Origin: an uncultured virus (IMG/VR IMGVR_UViG_2706794599_000005)
Taxonomy: Duplodnaviria; Heunggongvirae; Uroviricota; Caudoviricetes
IMG/VR virus record: IMGVR_UViG_2706794599_000005
DNA: 20,000 nucleotides
Direction: 5' to 3' (one strand)
The notes under the pieces are model-generated. The model searched no databases. It saw only the letters and a program-made list of their open reading frames with translations, and was not told the origin of the DNA. The translations under genes and the position numbers were made by a program. This document shows, piece by piece, positions 8,214 to 17,184 of the stretch. The stretch's first letter is position 1; each line of letters begins with the position of its first letter.

Positions 8214-8585
8214 TCATCCCGTTTTCTTCTTCGAACGTTGCGCGAACGCATCGCTCGTCGCCTTGAGTGCGGCCTGAGCGTCGGGCGGGCTGTGCCGGTA
8301 GTTGTCCAACAGGATGCGTTCGTCGGGGGCTAAAGGGGCCTCCTGCTCTTGGGCAGGAGCCGGCGCGGGCACTCCTTGGCGCTGACCTGTCACGACATAG
8401 AGAACATCCAGTCCGCTTTTCGCCCAAGCAGCCAGAGCCAGGGCATCCGGGGCCCTCTCCCCGCTTTCATAGCCAAATAGTGTTTTTCGGGTGATTCCTG
8501 CCAGTGCTGAAAAATCGCTCTGGTTGTATCCGAGCCGCTTCCTTTCATCAGACAAACGTTCACCAATGGGTAGATTTTTACCCAT
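8214..8585 (-). CDS. Phage immunity repressor, XRE/Cro-CI HTH (123 aa)
   Basis: IGERLSDERKRLGYNQSDFSALAGITRKTLFGYESGERAPD HTH; AAGGAG RBS before ATG 8585; divergent from the Ner-like gene; no S24 peptidase domain. Confidence 0.9.
   Translation of the reverse strand: MGKNLPIGERLSDERKRLGYNQSDFSALAGITRKTLFGYESGERAPDALALAAWAKSGLDVLYVVTGQRQGVPAPAPAQEQEAPLAPDERILLDNYRHSPPDAQAALKATSDAFAQRSKKKTG
8566..8585. promoter_or_regulatory. Operator O1: ATGGGTA-N6-TACCCAT
   Basis: Perfect 7-bp inverted repeat overlapping the first repressor codons. Confidence 0.8.
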
Positions 8586-8593
8586 AAAACTCC

Positions 8594-8622
8594 TTGACAA
8601 TGGGTAGAAATTTACCCATTCT
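8594..8622 (+). promoter_or_regulatory. Early sigma70 promoter TTGACA-N17-CATTCT containing operator O2 (AATGGGTA-N6-TACCCATT, 8599-8620)
   Basis: Consensus -35 at 8594-8599, 17-bp spacer, -10 at 8617-8622; the 8-bp inverted repeat fills the spacer. Confidence 0.8.
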
Positions 8623-8690
8623 CAGATCACACCAACGCACTGCATATGCGCTGGCTGATTCGCAATCTTTCAGCAGATAGGAACCCCGTC

Positions 8691-8921
8691 ATGAACGTCC
8701 CGTATCCGCTCCCTACCCGCCAGCCGTACACCGGTGAGCGCGTCAAGGAACTCTTCCACGCTGCCGGAACGGCCATCTCAGCCTGGGCCGAGGCCAATGG
8801 CTATACCCGCCATCAGGTCTACATGGTCATCAATGGCCAGTTCAAAGGCCGCCGTGGCACCTCCCACGAAATCGCTCTGAAGCTCGGCATGAAGCTCTCC
8901 GTCGAGCAGCTCGCCGCCTAA
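8691..8921 (+). CDS. Ner/Cro-like DNA-binding protein (BcepMu gp16-like, 76 aa)
   Basis: AISAWAEANGYTRHQVYMVING..KGRRGTSHEIALKLGMK motif; first early gene; AGGA RBS. Confidence 0.85.
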   Translation: MNVPYPLPTRQPYTGERVKELFHAAGTAISAWAEANGYTRHQVYMVINGQFKGRRGTSHEIALKLGMKLSVEQLAA

Positions 8922-8934
8922 AAGGAGTACAGCC

Positions 8935-9426
8935 ATGTCTCGCACTCAACCGCCGGTCGAGCACATCGACCTGACTCCCGCCCCGATGGATACCTGGCGC
9001 GCCGCGCTCGATGCACTGATCGCCTGCGCCCCTGGTGATACCTCGGATATCTCCTGGCACCTGGCCGACGCTCACCAGAGCAGCCTCCTGCTGGTGGACC
9101 GGACCGTCGCATCACCAGGTGCCGAGCGCCTCATCGACCGGCTGATGCTCATCAGTGCAGGCCGGCTGCTCAACCATCGCCTGGACCGTGAAGAAGCCCA
9201 GCAGATCAGCTCTCGCCTGCTTGAGCGCGCCCAGAGACGTATCGCAGCACGTCGGCCAAGTCTCGATGCGACTCCTGCCACACCTCACCAGGTTGCGCAT
9301 CAGCCAGCGTATCCAGGTCATCAGCAAGGCCGTCCAGGTCCAGGCCGTGATCAAGCGCCAGGCGACGGGCCAGGGCAACAAACGCCGAGCGCATCGACGC
9401 ATCAAGAACCAGGTGATCGGGGATAG
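8935..9426 (+). CDS. Hypothetical protein (163 aa; low-complexity C-terminus)
   Basis: Strong AAGGAG RBS just after the Ner-like stop; helical N-terminal ~105 aa. Confidence 0.6.
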   Translation: MSRTQPPVEHIDLTPAPMDTWRAALDALIACAPGDTSDISWHLADAHQSSLLLVDRTVASPGAERLIDRLMLISAGRLLNHRLDREEAQQISSRLLERAQRRIAARRPSLDATPATPHQVAHQPAYPGHQQGRPGPGRDQAPGDGPGQQTPSASTHQEPGDRG

Positions 9427-9430
9427 TCAT
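9206..9430 (-). CDS. Small acidic hypothetical protein (74 aa), antisense to the early operon
   Basis: GGAGA RBS, GC3-rich codons, amphipathic helical sequence. Confidence 0.62.
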   Translation of the reverse strand: MTIPDHLVLDASMRSAFVALARRLALDHGLDLDGLADDLDTLADAQPGEVWQESHRDLADVLRYVSGRAQAGES

Positions 9431-9553
9431 GTTTGTCTCTCCGAAGGGGATGAATGTACCTCATCAGGTTGTCACTGTGGCAACAGCTTTGCCAATGGTG
9501 AAAAACGCTATTTGTTTGGACGACGACTACTGGGGCTTCTGGAGCGCCGTCCA

Positions 9554-10042
9554 ATGAAGCGCCGGAATTGGAAACACTGGGTGCCGCGCTCGCCAGCCGA
9601 CGCACTGGACGGCTGTGCGCAGCTGGCCATGCAGCGCTACAACCGCGGGATCGAGCGGCTTGCCACAGACCATCTGTGCCAGAACAACGCCAGCACCCTC
9701 TACAAATGGATGGGTAATGGCCGCCTGCCGCTGACCATGGTGCTGTCATTGGAGAAAGCCTGCGGCCTGCCGCTGATCACTCGCTACCTGGCCGCCGCTC
9801 ACGGCAAGCTCCTGGTCGACATCCCGGTTGGCAAGGCTTGCAACGCCAGCGACCTTCAGCAGCTGCAGGGCGTGCTGCACAGCGCTACCGGCGCGTTGAT
9901 GGCCTTCTACGACGGCAAGCAATCCGCCGAACAGACCCTGGACGCCATCCGCGCTGGCCTTGAATCCCTCGCCTGGCACCACGGCAACGTCGCCCAGGCA
10001 GAAACCCCTCAACTGGACTTTGGAGTGGCTGACGATGAGTGA
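9554..10042 (+). CDS. Phage regulatory protein, probably CII-like HTH (162 aa)
   Basis: GGAG RBS before ATG 9554; IERLATDHL..NASTLYKWMGNGRLP HTH-like segment plus helical C-terminus. Confidence 0.65.
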   Translation: MKRRNWKHWVPRSPADALDGCAQLAMQRYNRGIERLATDHLCQNNASTLYKWMGNGRLPLTMVLSLEKACGLPLITRYLAAAHGKLLVDIPVGKACNASDLQQLQGVLHSATGALMAFYDGKQSAEQTLDAIRAGLESLAWHHGNVAQAETPQLDFGVADDE

Positions 10043-10295
10043 GGTCATCAACCTGCAGGCGCTGCTGCGGCGCCTGGACGAGCAAGCCTATGAGCAGCTC
10101 TGCGTCGAAGCTGCGCGCCTTGCCGAAGAGAACGAGCACCTGCGCACCGAGCTGACCCGCATGGAGGAATGTGCCGAAGGGTGGTGCAACGAGGCCCAGC
10201 ATCTACACCAGCAACTGGCGGAGGCCACCGGTGGCCAAGCCGCTATCACCCAATCCGGCGCACTGGTCGTCATCCCGATGGAGCGCTGCGCATGA
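10035..10295 (+). CDS. Hypothetical coiled-coil protein (86 aa)
   Basis: GGAG RBS; overlaps both neighbours; heptad pattern. Confidence 0.7.
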   Translation: MSEVINLQALLRRLDEQAYEQLCVEAARLAEENEHLRTELTRMEECAEGWCNEAQHLHQQLAEATGGQAAITQSGALVVIPMERCA

Positions 10296-10606
10296 GTGCT
10301 GAAAAGTACCGCTCCGAGCAGGTCCAGCGCGCTCTACGGGTCATGTTGGCCCTGGGGGCCAACGAGTTTCGGGGACTGCTCCTGAAGGAGGTGGCGGTCG
10401 CCGCCGAGTGCGATGCGAGTACCGCGCTGCGCGCCCTGGAGAACCTGCGCATCGCCGGTATAGCCGATCGCAGCCCGCATGACGACAAGCGCTGGCTGCT
10501 CGGACCGCGCTTGGTCCAGTTGGCCTTTGGCTTCGACGAAGCCCTGCGCCGCGGCCAGGACGAACTCAACGAGCGTCGCCAACGCTACACCCGTCTCCCG
10601 AACTAA
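10292..10606 (+). CDS. IclR-type winged-HTH protein (104 aa)
   Basis: VQRALRVMLAL...LKEVAVAAECDASTALRALENL...WLLGPRLVQL matches the IclR N-terminal HTH pattern; ATGA overlap. Confidence 0.8.
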   Translation: MSAEKYRSEQVQRALRVMLALGANEFRGLLLKEVAVAAECDASTALRALENLRIAGIADRSPHDDKRWLLGPRLVQLAFGFDEALRRGQDELNERRQRYTRLPN

Positions 10607-10615
10607 GGAAATCCC

Positions 10616-11593
10616 ATGGCCCGCAAAGCATCTACCCCGAAAATTGACCCCATGCCGGAGATCAATCAGGAGGCATTCCAGGAGGACATGAACGCAGTCG
10701 GCGTCCTGGGCGCCATTGCCCAGGGCATGCATGAGGAACGCGACCTGGTCAACCAACTGCTCGGCCAAGCGCAGATGGCGGACGCATTTGCCAAATTTTC
10801 GGTCACGGTGACCACTTCTAAGTTGGCTTATGTCAAAGAAAACAAGCTCTACCGGGCTTTGAAGGGCATGAAAAGTGGTCACGGTGACCAGTTTTTGACT
10901 GGTACCTGGGAGGAGTTCTGCGATTTGCTGGGCAGGTCTCGTGAACAGGTTGACCGTGACATCGCCAACCTCCGCGCCTTCGGCGAAGAGGCCCTGGAAT
11001 CCATGTCCCGCATGGGCATCGGCTACCGCGAGCTACGCCAGTGGCGCAAGCTGCCCGAGGACGCCCGTAGCGCCCTGATCGAAGCGGCCAAGCAGGGCAA
11101 CAAGGACGCCGTCGAGTACCTGGCCGAGGAACTGATCGCCACCCACACCAAGGAAAAGGCTGCCCTGGAGAAGCAGGTCGAGGATCTACGGGCGGACAAC
11201 GAAGCCCTGGGCGAGCGCATGGCACGCAAGTCCCGCGAGCTGGACGAAACCGTCCACGAACTGGAAAAGACCAAGCGGCGCATCCAAACCATGAAGGCGG
11301 ATGAGGCCGAGAAAGAGCTTCGCCAGGAGGCAACGGCGATCGCTTTCGAAGCCGAGGCCGACATCAGCGGCAAGCTGCGCGAAGCCTTCTCCGTCATGCT
11401 CGACCACGCCGAAAAGACCGGTACCGATCCCCGCACCTTCCAGGCCGGTCTGGTGCGCCACCTCGAAAAACTGCTCCTGCAGATTCGCGAAGAGTTCCAG
11501 TTGCCCGACGGCGAAGCCCCCGATGACATCAGCGAATTCGGCTGGATCGAGCAAATGGGCAAGTCCCAGCCTGCAGGCGTGGCTGAGGACTGA
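10616..11593 (+). CDS. Conserved Mu-like phage coiled-coil protein upstream of the transposase (DUF3102-like, 325 aa)
   Basis: Long ORF with AAGGA RBS; TWEEFC..LG.S motif followed by a coiled coil; synteny. Confidence 0.72.
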   Translation: MARKASTPKIDPMPEINQEAFQEDMNAVGVLGAIAQGMHEERDLVNQLLGQAQMADAFAKFSVTVTTSKLAYVKENKLYRALKGMKSGHGDQFLTGTWEEFCDLLGRSREQVDRDIANLRAFGEEALESMSRMGIGYRELRQWRKLPEDARSALIEAAKQGNKDAVEYLAEELIATHTKEKAALEKQVEDLRADNEALGERMARKSRELDETVHELEKTKRRIQTMKADEAEKELRQEATAIAFEAEADISGKLREAFSVMLDHAEKTGTDPRTFQAGLVRHLEKLLLQIREEFQLPDGEAPDDISEFGWIEQMGKSQPAGVAED

Positions 11594-11596
11594 GCC

Positions 11597-13381
11597 ATGA
11601 GCGCCGTCATTACTCAAGCCCTGGTCGATCTGGAGCGCGCCCTTCGCGCCGCCCCACGCGGGCAGCGCGTAGAGATTGCCCAGTCGACGGCCCAGCGGCT
11701 CGACATGTCACTCGCCACGCTTTACCGCAAGCTGAGGGAGGTCACCGCAGACAGCAAGCCCCGCAAACGCCGGAGTGACGCCGGCACCAGTGCCCTGAGC
11801 CGGGAAGATGCCCTGACCATCAGTAGCGCGCTGATGGAGAGTGCCCGCCGCAACGAAAAGCGCCTGTATAGCCTGGAGGATGCGGTGGAAGCGCTACGGG
11901 CCAGCAAGATGATCCGGGCGGACGTCATTGACGAGGACACGGGCGAGATCCGGCCGCTGTCCATCAGCGCGATATCCAGGGCTCTCTACAGCTTCGGGGT
12001 TCATCCCCAGCAATTGCTCCAGCCGGCTCCGGTGAGCGAGTTGAGAAGCCGTCACCCGAACCACGTTTGGCAGATCGATGCCTCTCTGTGTGTTCTTTAT
12101 TACCTCAAGCCCGGCGCCGATGAGCACGGTAACGGCCTGCGCGTCATGGAGCATGACCAGTTCTACAAGAACAAGCCGAAGAACGTGGCCCGCATCGCCT
12201 CTAACCGGGTCTGGTCGTACGAGATCACCGAGCACGCCAGCGATTGGATCTACGTGAAGTACGTCATGGGCGCCGAGAGCGGCGAGAACCTGTGTGATGT
12301 GCTGATCGACGCCATGCAGGAGCGCGGTGGCAACGACATTCTGCATGGCGTGCCGCAGATTCTGATGATGGACCCAGGTTCTGCCAACACCTCGGCCATG
12401 GCCCGGAACCTTTGCCGTGCGCTGCGCATCCGCGTCATCGTCCACAAGCCCGGTGCCGCGCGGGTGACCGGCCAAGTGGAGAACGCCCGGAACCTCATCG
12501 AGCGCAAGTTCGAAGCGGGACTGCGCTTCCAGCCTGTCGCCGACCTGGACGAACTGAACGCTGCCGCCAAGACCTGGCGCGCGTGGTTCAACGCCGCGAA
12601 GAAACATTCCCGCCATGGCATGACCCGCTCGGAGGCCTGGATGCGCATCCGTGAGCACCAGTTGGTGAAGGCGCCCAGCGTCGAAGTATGCCGCCAACTG
12701 GCAATCGCCGAGCCGGAGAGCCGCAAGGTCACTAACAAGCTGCGCGTCAGCTTCCAGGGAACCGAATACGACGTCTCGGTCGTACCTGGCGTGATGATCG
12801 GCGAGAAGCTGATGATCACCCGCAACCCCTGGCAGAGCGATGCCGCCCAGGCGATCACTTTCGACCAGGACGGCCATGAAGTCTTCCACGTCATTCCTAG
12901 GATCGAGGAAGACGAGTTCGGCTTCGACGTGCGCGCACCCATGATTGGCGAGGACTTCCGGCAGCATGCGGAGACGCCTGCGCAGAAAGCCCGCAAGGAA
13001 GCGGCCCGGCTGGCCATGGGCGTCGATACCGATGCCGAAGAGCAGGCCGCACGCAAGGCCAAGGCCATTCCGTTCGGCGGGAGGCTCAAGCCCTACCAGC
13101 ACATCGAAGACGCTCAGTTGCCGACCTTCATGCCACGCAAGGGCAGCGAGCTGCAGCTCGACGTGACGTTGCCCACCGTCGAGAGCAAGCCACTGAGCCA
13201 CCCGGCAGCCGCCAAGATCCTCCGAGCGCGGCTGGATGGCGTCTGGAGTCCCGAGTCGATGCTCTGGCTCAAGTCCAACTACCCCGACGGAGTACTGGAG
13301 GACCAGCTCGACAGCATCGTTGAGCAGTTGCAGGCGGCGTCCAGCCGGCCCGCGCTGCGCGTTGTGGGAGGTAACTCGTAA
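11597..13381 (+). CDS. MuA-type DDE transposase (594 aa)
   Basis: N-terminal HTH (LDMSLATLYRKL), RKRRSDAG, and catalytic WQIDAS / MMDPGS / GQVEN motifs. Confidence 0.92.
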   Translation: MSAVITQALVDLERALRAAPRGQRVEIAQSTAQRLDMSLATLYRKLREVTADSKPRKRRSDAGTSALSREDALTISSALMESARRNEKRLYSLEDAVEALRASKMIRADVIDEDTGEIRPLSISAISRALYSFGVHPQQLLQPAPVSELRSRHPNHVWQIDASLCVLYYLKPGADEHGNGLRVMEHDQFYKNKPKNVARIASNRVWSYEITEHASDWIYVKYVMGAESGENLCDVLIDAMQERGGNDILHGVPQILMMDPGSANTSAMARNLCRALRIRVIVHKPGAARVTGQVENARNLIERKFEAGLRFQPVADLDELNAAAKTWRAWFNAAKKHSRHGMTRSEAWMRIREHQLVKAPSVEVCRQLAIAEPESRKVTNKLRVSFQGTEYDVSVVPGVMIGEKLMITRNPWQSDAAQAITFDQDGHEVFHVIPRIEEDEFGFDVRAPMIGEDFRQHAETPAQKARKEAARLAMGVDTDAEEQAARKAKAIPFGGRLKPYQHIEDAQLPTFMPRKGSELQLDVTLPTVESKPLSHPAAAKILRARLDGVWSPESMLWLKSNYPDGVLEDQLDSIVEQLQAASSRPALRVVGGNS

Positions 13382-14547
13382 TGCTGAAGCTCAAGGAAGT
13401 CCTGGCCAGCCTCGGCAAGCCGCAGACCGATCTGGCCCGTGCGGTCGATCTCAGTCCGGCGGCGATCGCTCAACTGATCAACCACAGCCAGTGGCCGAAA
13501 TCGCTGGACCAGCAGCAACTGGCCTGGCGGATCACCGAATACCTGATGGCTCAGGGCGCGCAGTTCGACACCGTGCGCCAGGCCTTCGACGAAGTGGGGC
13601 CCCGACGCAGCAACGTCGGGGCCCCTGCAACCCCCGAAGACGCTCAAGAAAACGAGGAGTGCGAACCCATGCTAATGCGCAAACAGGTATTGCTGCCAGC
13701 CACGAAGAAGGCTTTCGACATCCGTCGCGACCCCTTCGACGAACTGCACAGCGCCGACGACATCTTCATCAACGCTGATATCCGCTATGTACGCGAGGCG
13801 ATGCACCAGGTCGCTATGCACGATGGTTTCCTGGCAGTGATCGGCGAGTCAGGGGCGGGCAAGTCCACCTTGCGCCGAGATCTGGAGCATCGACTGGAAG
13901 GCAGCCCGGTGACGGTCATTCAGCCATACGTGCTGGGGATGGAAGACAACGACACCAAGGGCAAGCCCCTCAAGAGCGAGCATATCGCCGAGGCCATCCT
14001 GGCGGAGATCGCGCCAGACCAAACGCCGCGGAACAGCTCGCAGGCCCGCTGGGCGCAACTGCACAAGGCTCTGAAGGCCAGCCACACCGCAGGCTCGCGC
14101 CACCTGCTGATCATCGAGGAGGCACACAGCCTATCGACCCCGACGATCAAGCACCTCAAGCGCTACCGCGAACTCGAACTGGGCTACACCAAGCTGGTGT
14201 CGATCATCCTGATCGGTCAGCCCGAACTGCTCATCAAGTTGTCGCCGCGCAACGGCGAAGTCCGAGAGGTGGCCCAGCGCATCGAGATCGTCGAGTTGCC
14301 GCCGCTCACGGTCGGCGGGCTGGAACAGCACCTGGCGTTTCGTTTCGAGCGGGTTGGCAAGGCACTGAGCGATGTGATCGATGCATCCGGCCTGCAGGCC
14401 GTCATCGAGAGGCTGGGGGGCGTCAAGGAAAACAAGCCCAGCCTGCTCTATCCGCTGGCCATCGGCAACCTGGTGAAGGCCGCTATGAACTATGCCGCGC
14501 TCGTCGGCGAGCCGCGCGTCACTGCTGACGTGGTTCGGGAGGCCTGA
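13381..14547 (+). CDS. MuB-like transposition AAA+ ATPase with N-terminal HTH (388 aa)
   Basis: Walker A GESGAGKS, Walker B LLIIEEAH, ILIGQPEL; coupled to the transposase stop. Confidence 0.9.
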   Translation: MLKLKEVLASLGKPQTDLARAVDLSPAAIAQLINHSQWPKSLDQQQLAWRITEYLMAQGAQFDTVRQAFDEVGPRRSNVGAPATPEDAQENEECEPMLMRKQVLLPATKKAFDIRRDPFDELHSADDIFINADIRYVREAMHQVAMHDGFLAVIGESGAGKSTLRRDLEHRLEGSPVTVIQPYVLGMEDNDTKGKPLKSEHIAEAILAEIAPDQTPRNSSQARWAQLHKALKASHTAGSRHLLIIEEAHSLSTPTIKHLKRYRELELGYTKLVSIILIGQPELLIKLSPRNGEVREVAQRIEIVELPPLTVGGLEQHLAFRFERVGKALSDVIDASGLQAVIERLGGVKENKPSLLYPLAIGNLVKAAMNYAALVGEPRVTADVVREA

Positions 14548-14548
14548 C

Positions 14549-14890
14549 ATGAACGTCGTACCGATCACTGGCCGCCTCCCTGAAGAGCAGCCGAAAGCTA
14601 CCCATCTGCCGCTCTGCACAGTACTGACGCCAGAGCTGGCCCGCTGCCTGGAGGCCGTCAACAGCGCCACCCGCGCCTTGCGCCAGGCCGGCATTCCGAT
14701 TGAGCAGACGTCGGTGCTTGATCGCCGCCTGTTCATCCGCGAAGAGGATTCGCTGCGGCTGCACCGCCGCTTCCGCAACGCCATCCGCGGTATTCGCCAG
14801 ACCACTCACGGGATGGTCACCGTCCATGTCGTCAGCCTGCGCGGTGTTGACGTGGCCTGGACGACCCCGGTGAAGGAGCAAGACCAATGA
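14549..14890 (+). CDS. Hypothetical protein (113 aa)
   Basis: GGGAGG RBS; tight operon packing. Confidence 0.72.
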   Translation: MNVVPITGRLPEEQPKATHLPLCTVLTPELARCLEAVNSATRALRQAGIPIEQTSVLDRRLFIREEDSLRLHRRFRNAIRGIRQTTHGMVTVHVVSLRGVDVAWTTPVKEQDQ

Positions 14891-15171
14891 CTGTCATCAC
14901 CCATGCCTACACCCCGCTGATGGACGTTGATTCCATGAGCGAAGAGGACTGCCGTCTGGCCCTGAAGGATGTTCTGCAGGATGGCTTCGCGAAGGACCAG
15001 CAACTGGTTGAGCTGAAGACTGGCATCCACAAGCTGGACAGGATGCTGGTCAAGCTCATCGACCTCTTCATCGCCGGGGACTTCTCCAAGCTGCATGCGG
15101 AGCTGCAGAGCATGGCGGCCTACCTCCAGGAGCAGCGTGCCGCCCAGAAGTCGGCAAGGAAGGTGCACTGA
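14887..15171 (+). CDS. Hypothetical protein (94 aa)
   Basis: AAGGAG RBS; ATGA overlap. Confidence 0.72.
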   Translation: MTVITHAYTPLMDVDSMSEEDCRLALKDVLQDGFAKDQQLVELKTGIHKLDRMLVKLIDLFIAGDFSKLHAELQSMAAYLQEQRAAQKSARKVH

Positions 15172-15851
15172 TGGACAGCAAACTTTCCGCTTCCATGGCG
15201 GCGCTGCGCAAGGTCGTAAAGAGCCCACATCCGGCGATGTTTTGGCAGGAGACCATGGGGCACGTCGCGGTGGTCCTGGATCACCTGCAGGAATTGATCA
15301 GTGATGGCAGCACCGCTCCAGCCATCGAGGTTCAACCCGGCGATCACTCGGAACTTCGCCGCATTGCTGTCGCGCTCAAGAACCCACTGCTGAACGGCCA
15401 AGAGGCCTCGGACCTGATGGTCCGCTACGAGGCTCTGACCATGCCCGATCACATCATCGCGATGATCGATGGGCTGCCTCAACGCGTTCTGGATAAGCAA
15501 TGCCGCGACGACGTGGCGCGTGCGCTGGGGTTGTGTCCGAACCAAGAGCGCGGTTTCGCATGGTCCTACCTACTGACATCGATCAAGTCGTGCGTGAAAG
15601 CGTCCGAGGATACCTGCCGGGCTCAGCACAGTGTGCCGGCGGGGTGGAAGCTGGTGCCGATTGAGCCGACCCCGGAAATGCTGGACGCACGCCGCGACTG
15701 CGAGGACGGAATGGACGGCTATCTCGTTGAGGATACCGAGTACTACTTCCCGGATCGAGGTGCGGTTCGCGACTTCCTGGCATGTGTCTATCACGGCATG
15801 CTCGCTACCGCGCCAGCGCCCTCGAAGAGGAGCGCTGACGATGAGCGTTGA
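15171..15851 (+). CDS. Mosaic accessory protein (226 aa) with Ea22-like and VPAGWKLVP modules
   Basis: TGATG coupling; DHSELRRIA and VPAGWKLVPIEPTPEML motifs recur in temperate-phage accessory proteins. Confidence 0.68.
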   Translation: MDSKLSASMAALRKVVKSPHPAMFWQETMGHVAVVLDHLQELISDGSTAPAIEVQPGDHSELRRIAVALKNPLLNGQEASDLMVRYEALTMPDHIIAMIDGLPQRVLDKQCRDDVARALGLCPNQERGFAWSYLLTSIKSCVKASEDTCRAQHSVPAGWKLVPIEPTPEMLDARRDCEDGMDGYLVEDTEYYFPDRGAVRDFLACVYHGMLATAPAPSKRSADDER

Positions 15852-16374
15852 AGCGTACATCCGCGGCATGGCGGCCCGTGGATTTAGCCGCTCGGCCGCC
15901 GCAGCGGCACTCGGGATGCACTGGGTCAAGTTCATGGACCTGCTCGAACGCATGCCAGATATCGAGTGGGGCTATCCCTACAAGTCCTTTGACCGCCGCA
16001 GGCATGCCAAGAACCTGAAGGGGTACCGGTTCCGGGATAGCGAAGGACGCCGCCGGTCGGTGGCGGCCTTGCGGGCTGTCAACCAGGCGAGACGGCATGA
16101 GTACACCGTCTTCGGCGTCACCGACAGTTTGAGCAACCTGGTGAAGCGCTTCGGTTGTGTCGCCAAAAGCACTGTGCAGAAGCGCTTGGCCAAGGGCATG
16201 TCCATCGAGCAGGCGCTTACGACGCCTCGCTCTGACCATCTTTCTGGCTTGAAGCGTAAGCCAGAGAGTCATCCCTGGAAGCGGGCTGAGCGTCGAGGAG
16301 TGATCAACCACCGTGAACGCCAACTCAAGGCGAAACGGGATCAACGTCAAGCGGAGGAACGCTTGCATGGCTGA
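15841..16374 (+). CDS. Basic hypothetical protein, likely DNA-binding (177 aa)
   Basis: GAGGAG RBS; two HTH-like segments (SRSAAAAALGM; AKSTVQKRLAKGMSIEQALTTP). Confidence 0.68.
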   Translation: MSVEAYIRGMAARGFSRSAAAAALGMHWVKFMDLLERMPDIEWGYPYKSFDRRRHAKNLKGYRFRDSEGRRRSVAALRAVNQARRHEYTVFGVTDSLSNLVKRFGCVAKSTVQKRLAKGMSIEQALTTPRSDHLSGLKRKPESHPWKRAERRGVINHRERQLKAKRDQRQAEERLHG

Positions 16375-16567
16375 TGTTCTGGAAATCGACTGCCCCGCGT
16401 GCAGCACGCCATACCCCGAAATCACCGCAGGCTCTGCAGCTCATGACCCGAGCCTGATCGAACTGGTGATCACCTGCAACAACTGCGGACACATCCTGAA
16501 TGCGTTCGTCTCCCTGGCTGAGATGAGCGTTGTACCGAATCCCGAAGAGGAACCCTCCCATGGCTGA
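16367..16567 (+). CDS. Small zinc-ribbon protein (66 aa)
   Basis: CPAC and CNNC pairs; GGAGG RBS; overlaps both neighbours. Confidence 0.68.
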   Translation: MADVLEIDCPACSTPYPEITAGSAAHDPSLIELVITCNNCGHILNAFVSLAEMSVVPNPEEEPSHG

Positions 16568-17183
16568 ACAAACAGTGCATGTTCCCGCCGGGTACCGCAT
16601 GGACGCCAAGGGGCGCCTGGTACCTGAAGAAATGATCAAGCCCATTGACCTGGAGCGCGACCGCCTTGTGCAGGAGATCGTTGCCAAGGGGAAGGCTCTG
16701 AACAAGGCGTTGCTGGATTTCAAACTGGCGACATTCGGCGATATCGAAGCCTTCATCACCCTGTCGGCCGAGCAGTACCAGGCGAAGGTAGGTGGCAAGA
16801 AGGGCAACGCCTCCCTGGTCAGCTTCGACGGTCGCTACAAGGTCATTCGGGCCATGGCCGACAACATCGCCTTCGACGAGCGCCTGCAGGCAGCCAAGGC
16901 GCTGATCGACGAGTGCCTCCATGAATGGACGGAAGGTGCTCGCGCGGAGGTCATCACGCTGATCAACGATGCGTTCCGCGTTGACCAGGCGGGAAACATC
17001 CGTACCGGCAGCGTGCTCGCTCTGCGCCGCCTACAGATCGACGACGAGCGCTGGCAACGTGCAATGCAGGCCATCGGCGAGGCTGTCCAGGTCGTGAGCA
17101 CCAAGGCGTATGTGCGTATCCAGGAGCGGGTCGGGGACACCGACCAGTACCGCTCCATTCCTCTTGATATCGCGGGGGTGTGA
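16560..17183 (+). CDS. DUF3164-family Mu-like phage protein (207 aa)
   Basis: GYRMDAKGRLVP..IKPIDLERD, GGKKGN, SFDG, FDERLQAAKALIDECL motifs. Confidence 0.82.
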   Translation: MAEQTVHVPAGYRMDAKGRLVPEEMIKPIDLERDRLVQEIVAKGKALNKALLDFKLATFGDIEAFITLSAEQYQAKVGGKKGNASLVSFDGRYKVIRAMADNIAFDERLQAAKALIDECLHEWTEGARAEVITLINDAFRVDQAGNIRTGSVLALRRLQIDDERWQRAMQAIGEAVQVVSTKAYVRIQERVGDTDQYRSIPLDIAGV

Positions 17184-17184
17184 C

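Noticed and set aside
8218..8427. N-terminal extension of the 242-aa ORF
   Set aside because: It overlaps the repressor in another frame; the signal peptide and RBS point to 8196 (or 8217).
9155..9553. N-terminal extension of the 295-aa ORF
   Set aside because: It crosses two other genes and the structured intergenic region; the RBS supports ATG 9554.
11894..13201. Long antisense ORFs (e.g. 435 aa opposite the transposase; also 404-1258, 1551-2402, 5273-6028)
   Set aside because: These are shadow ORFs expected in high-GC coding DNA.
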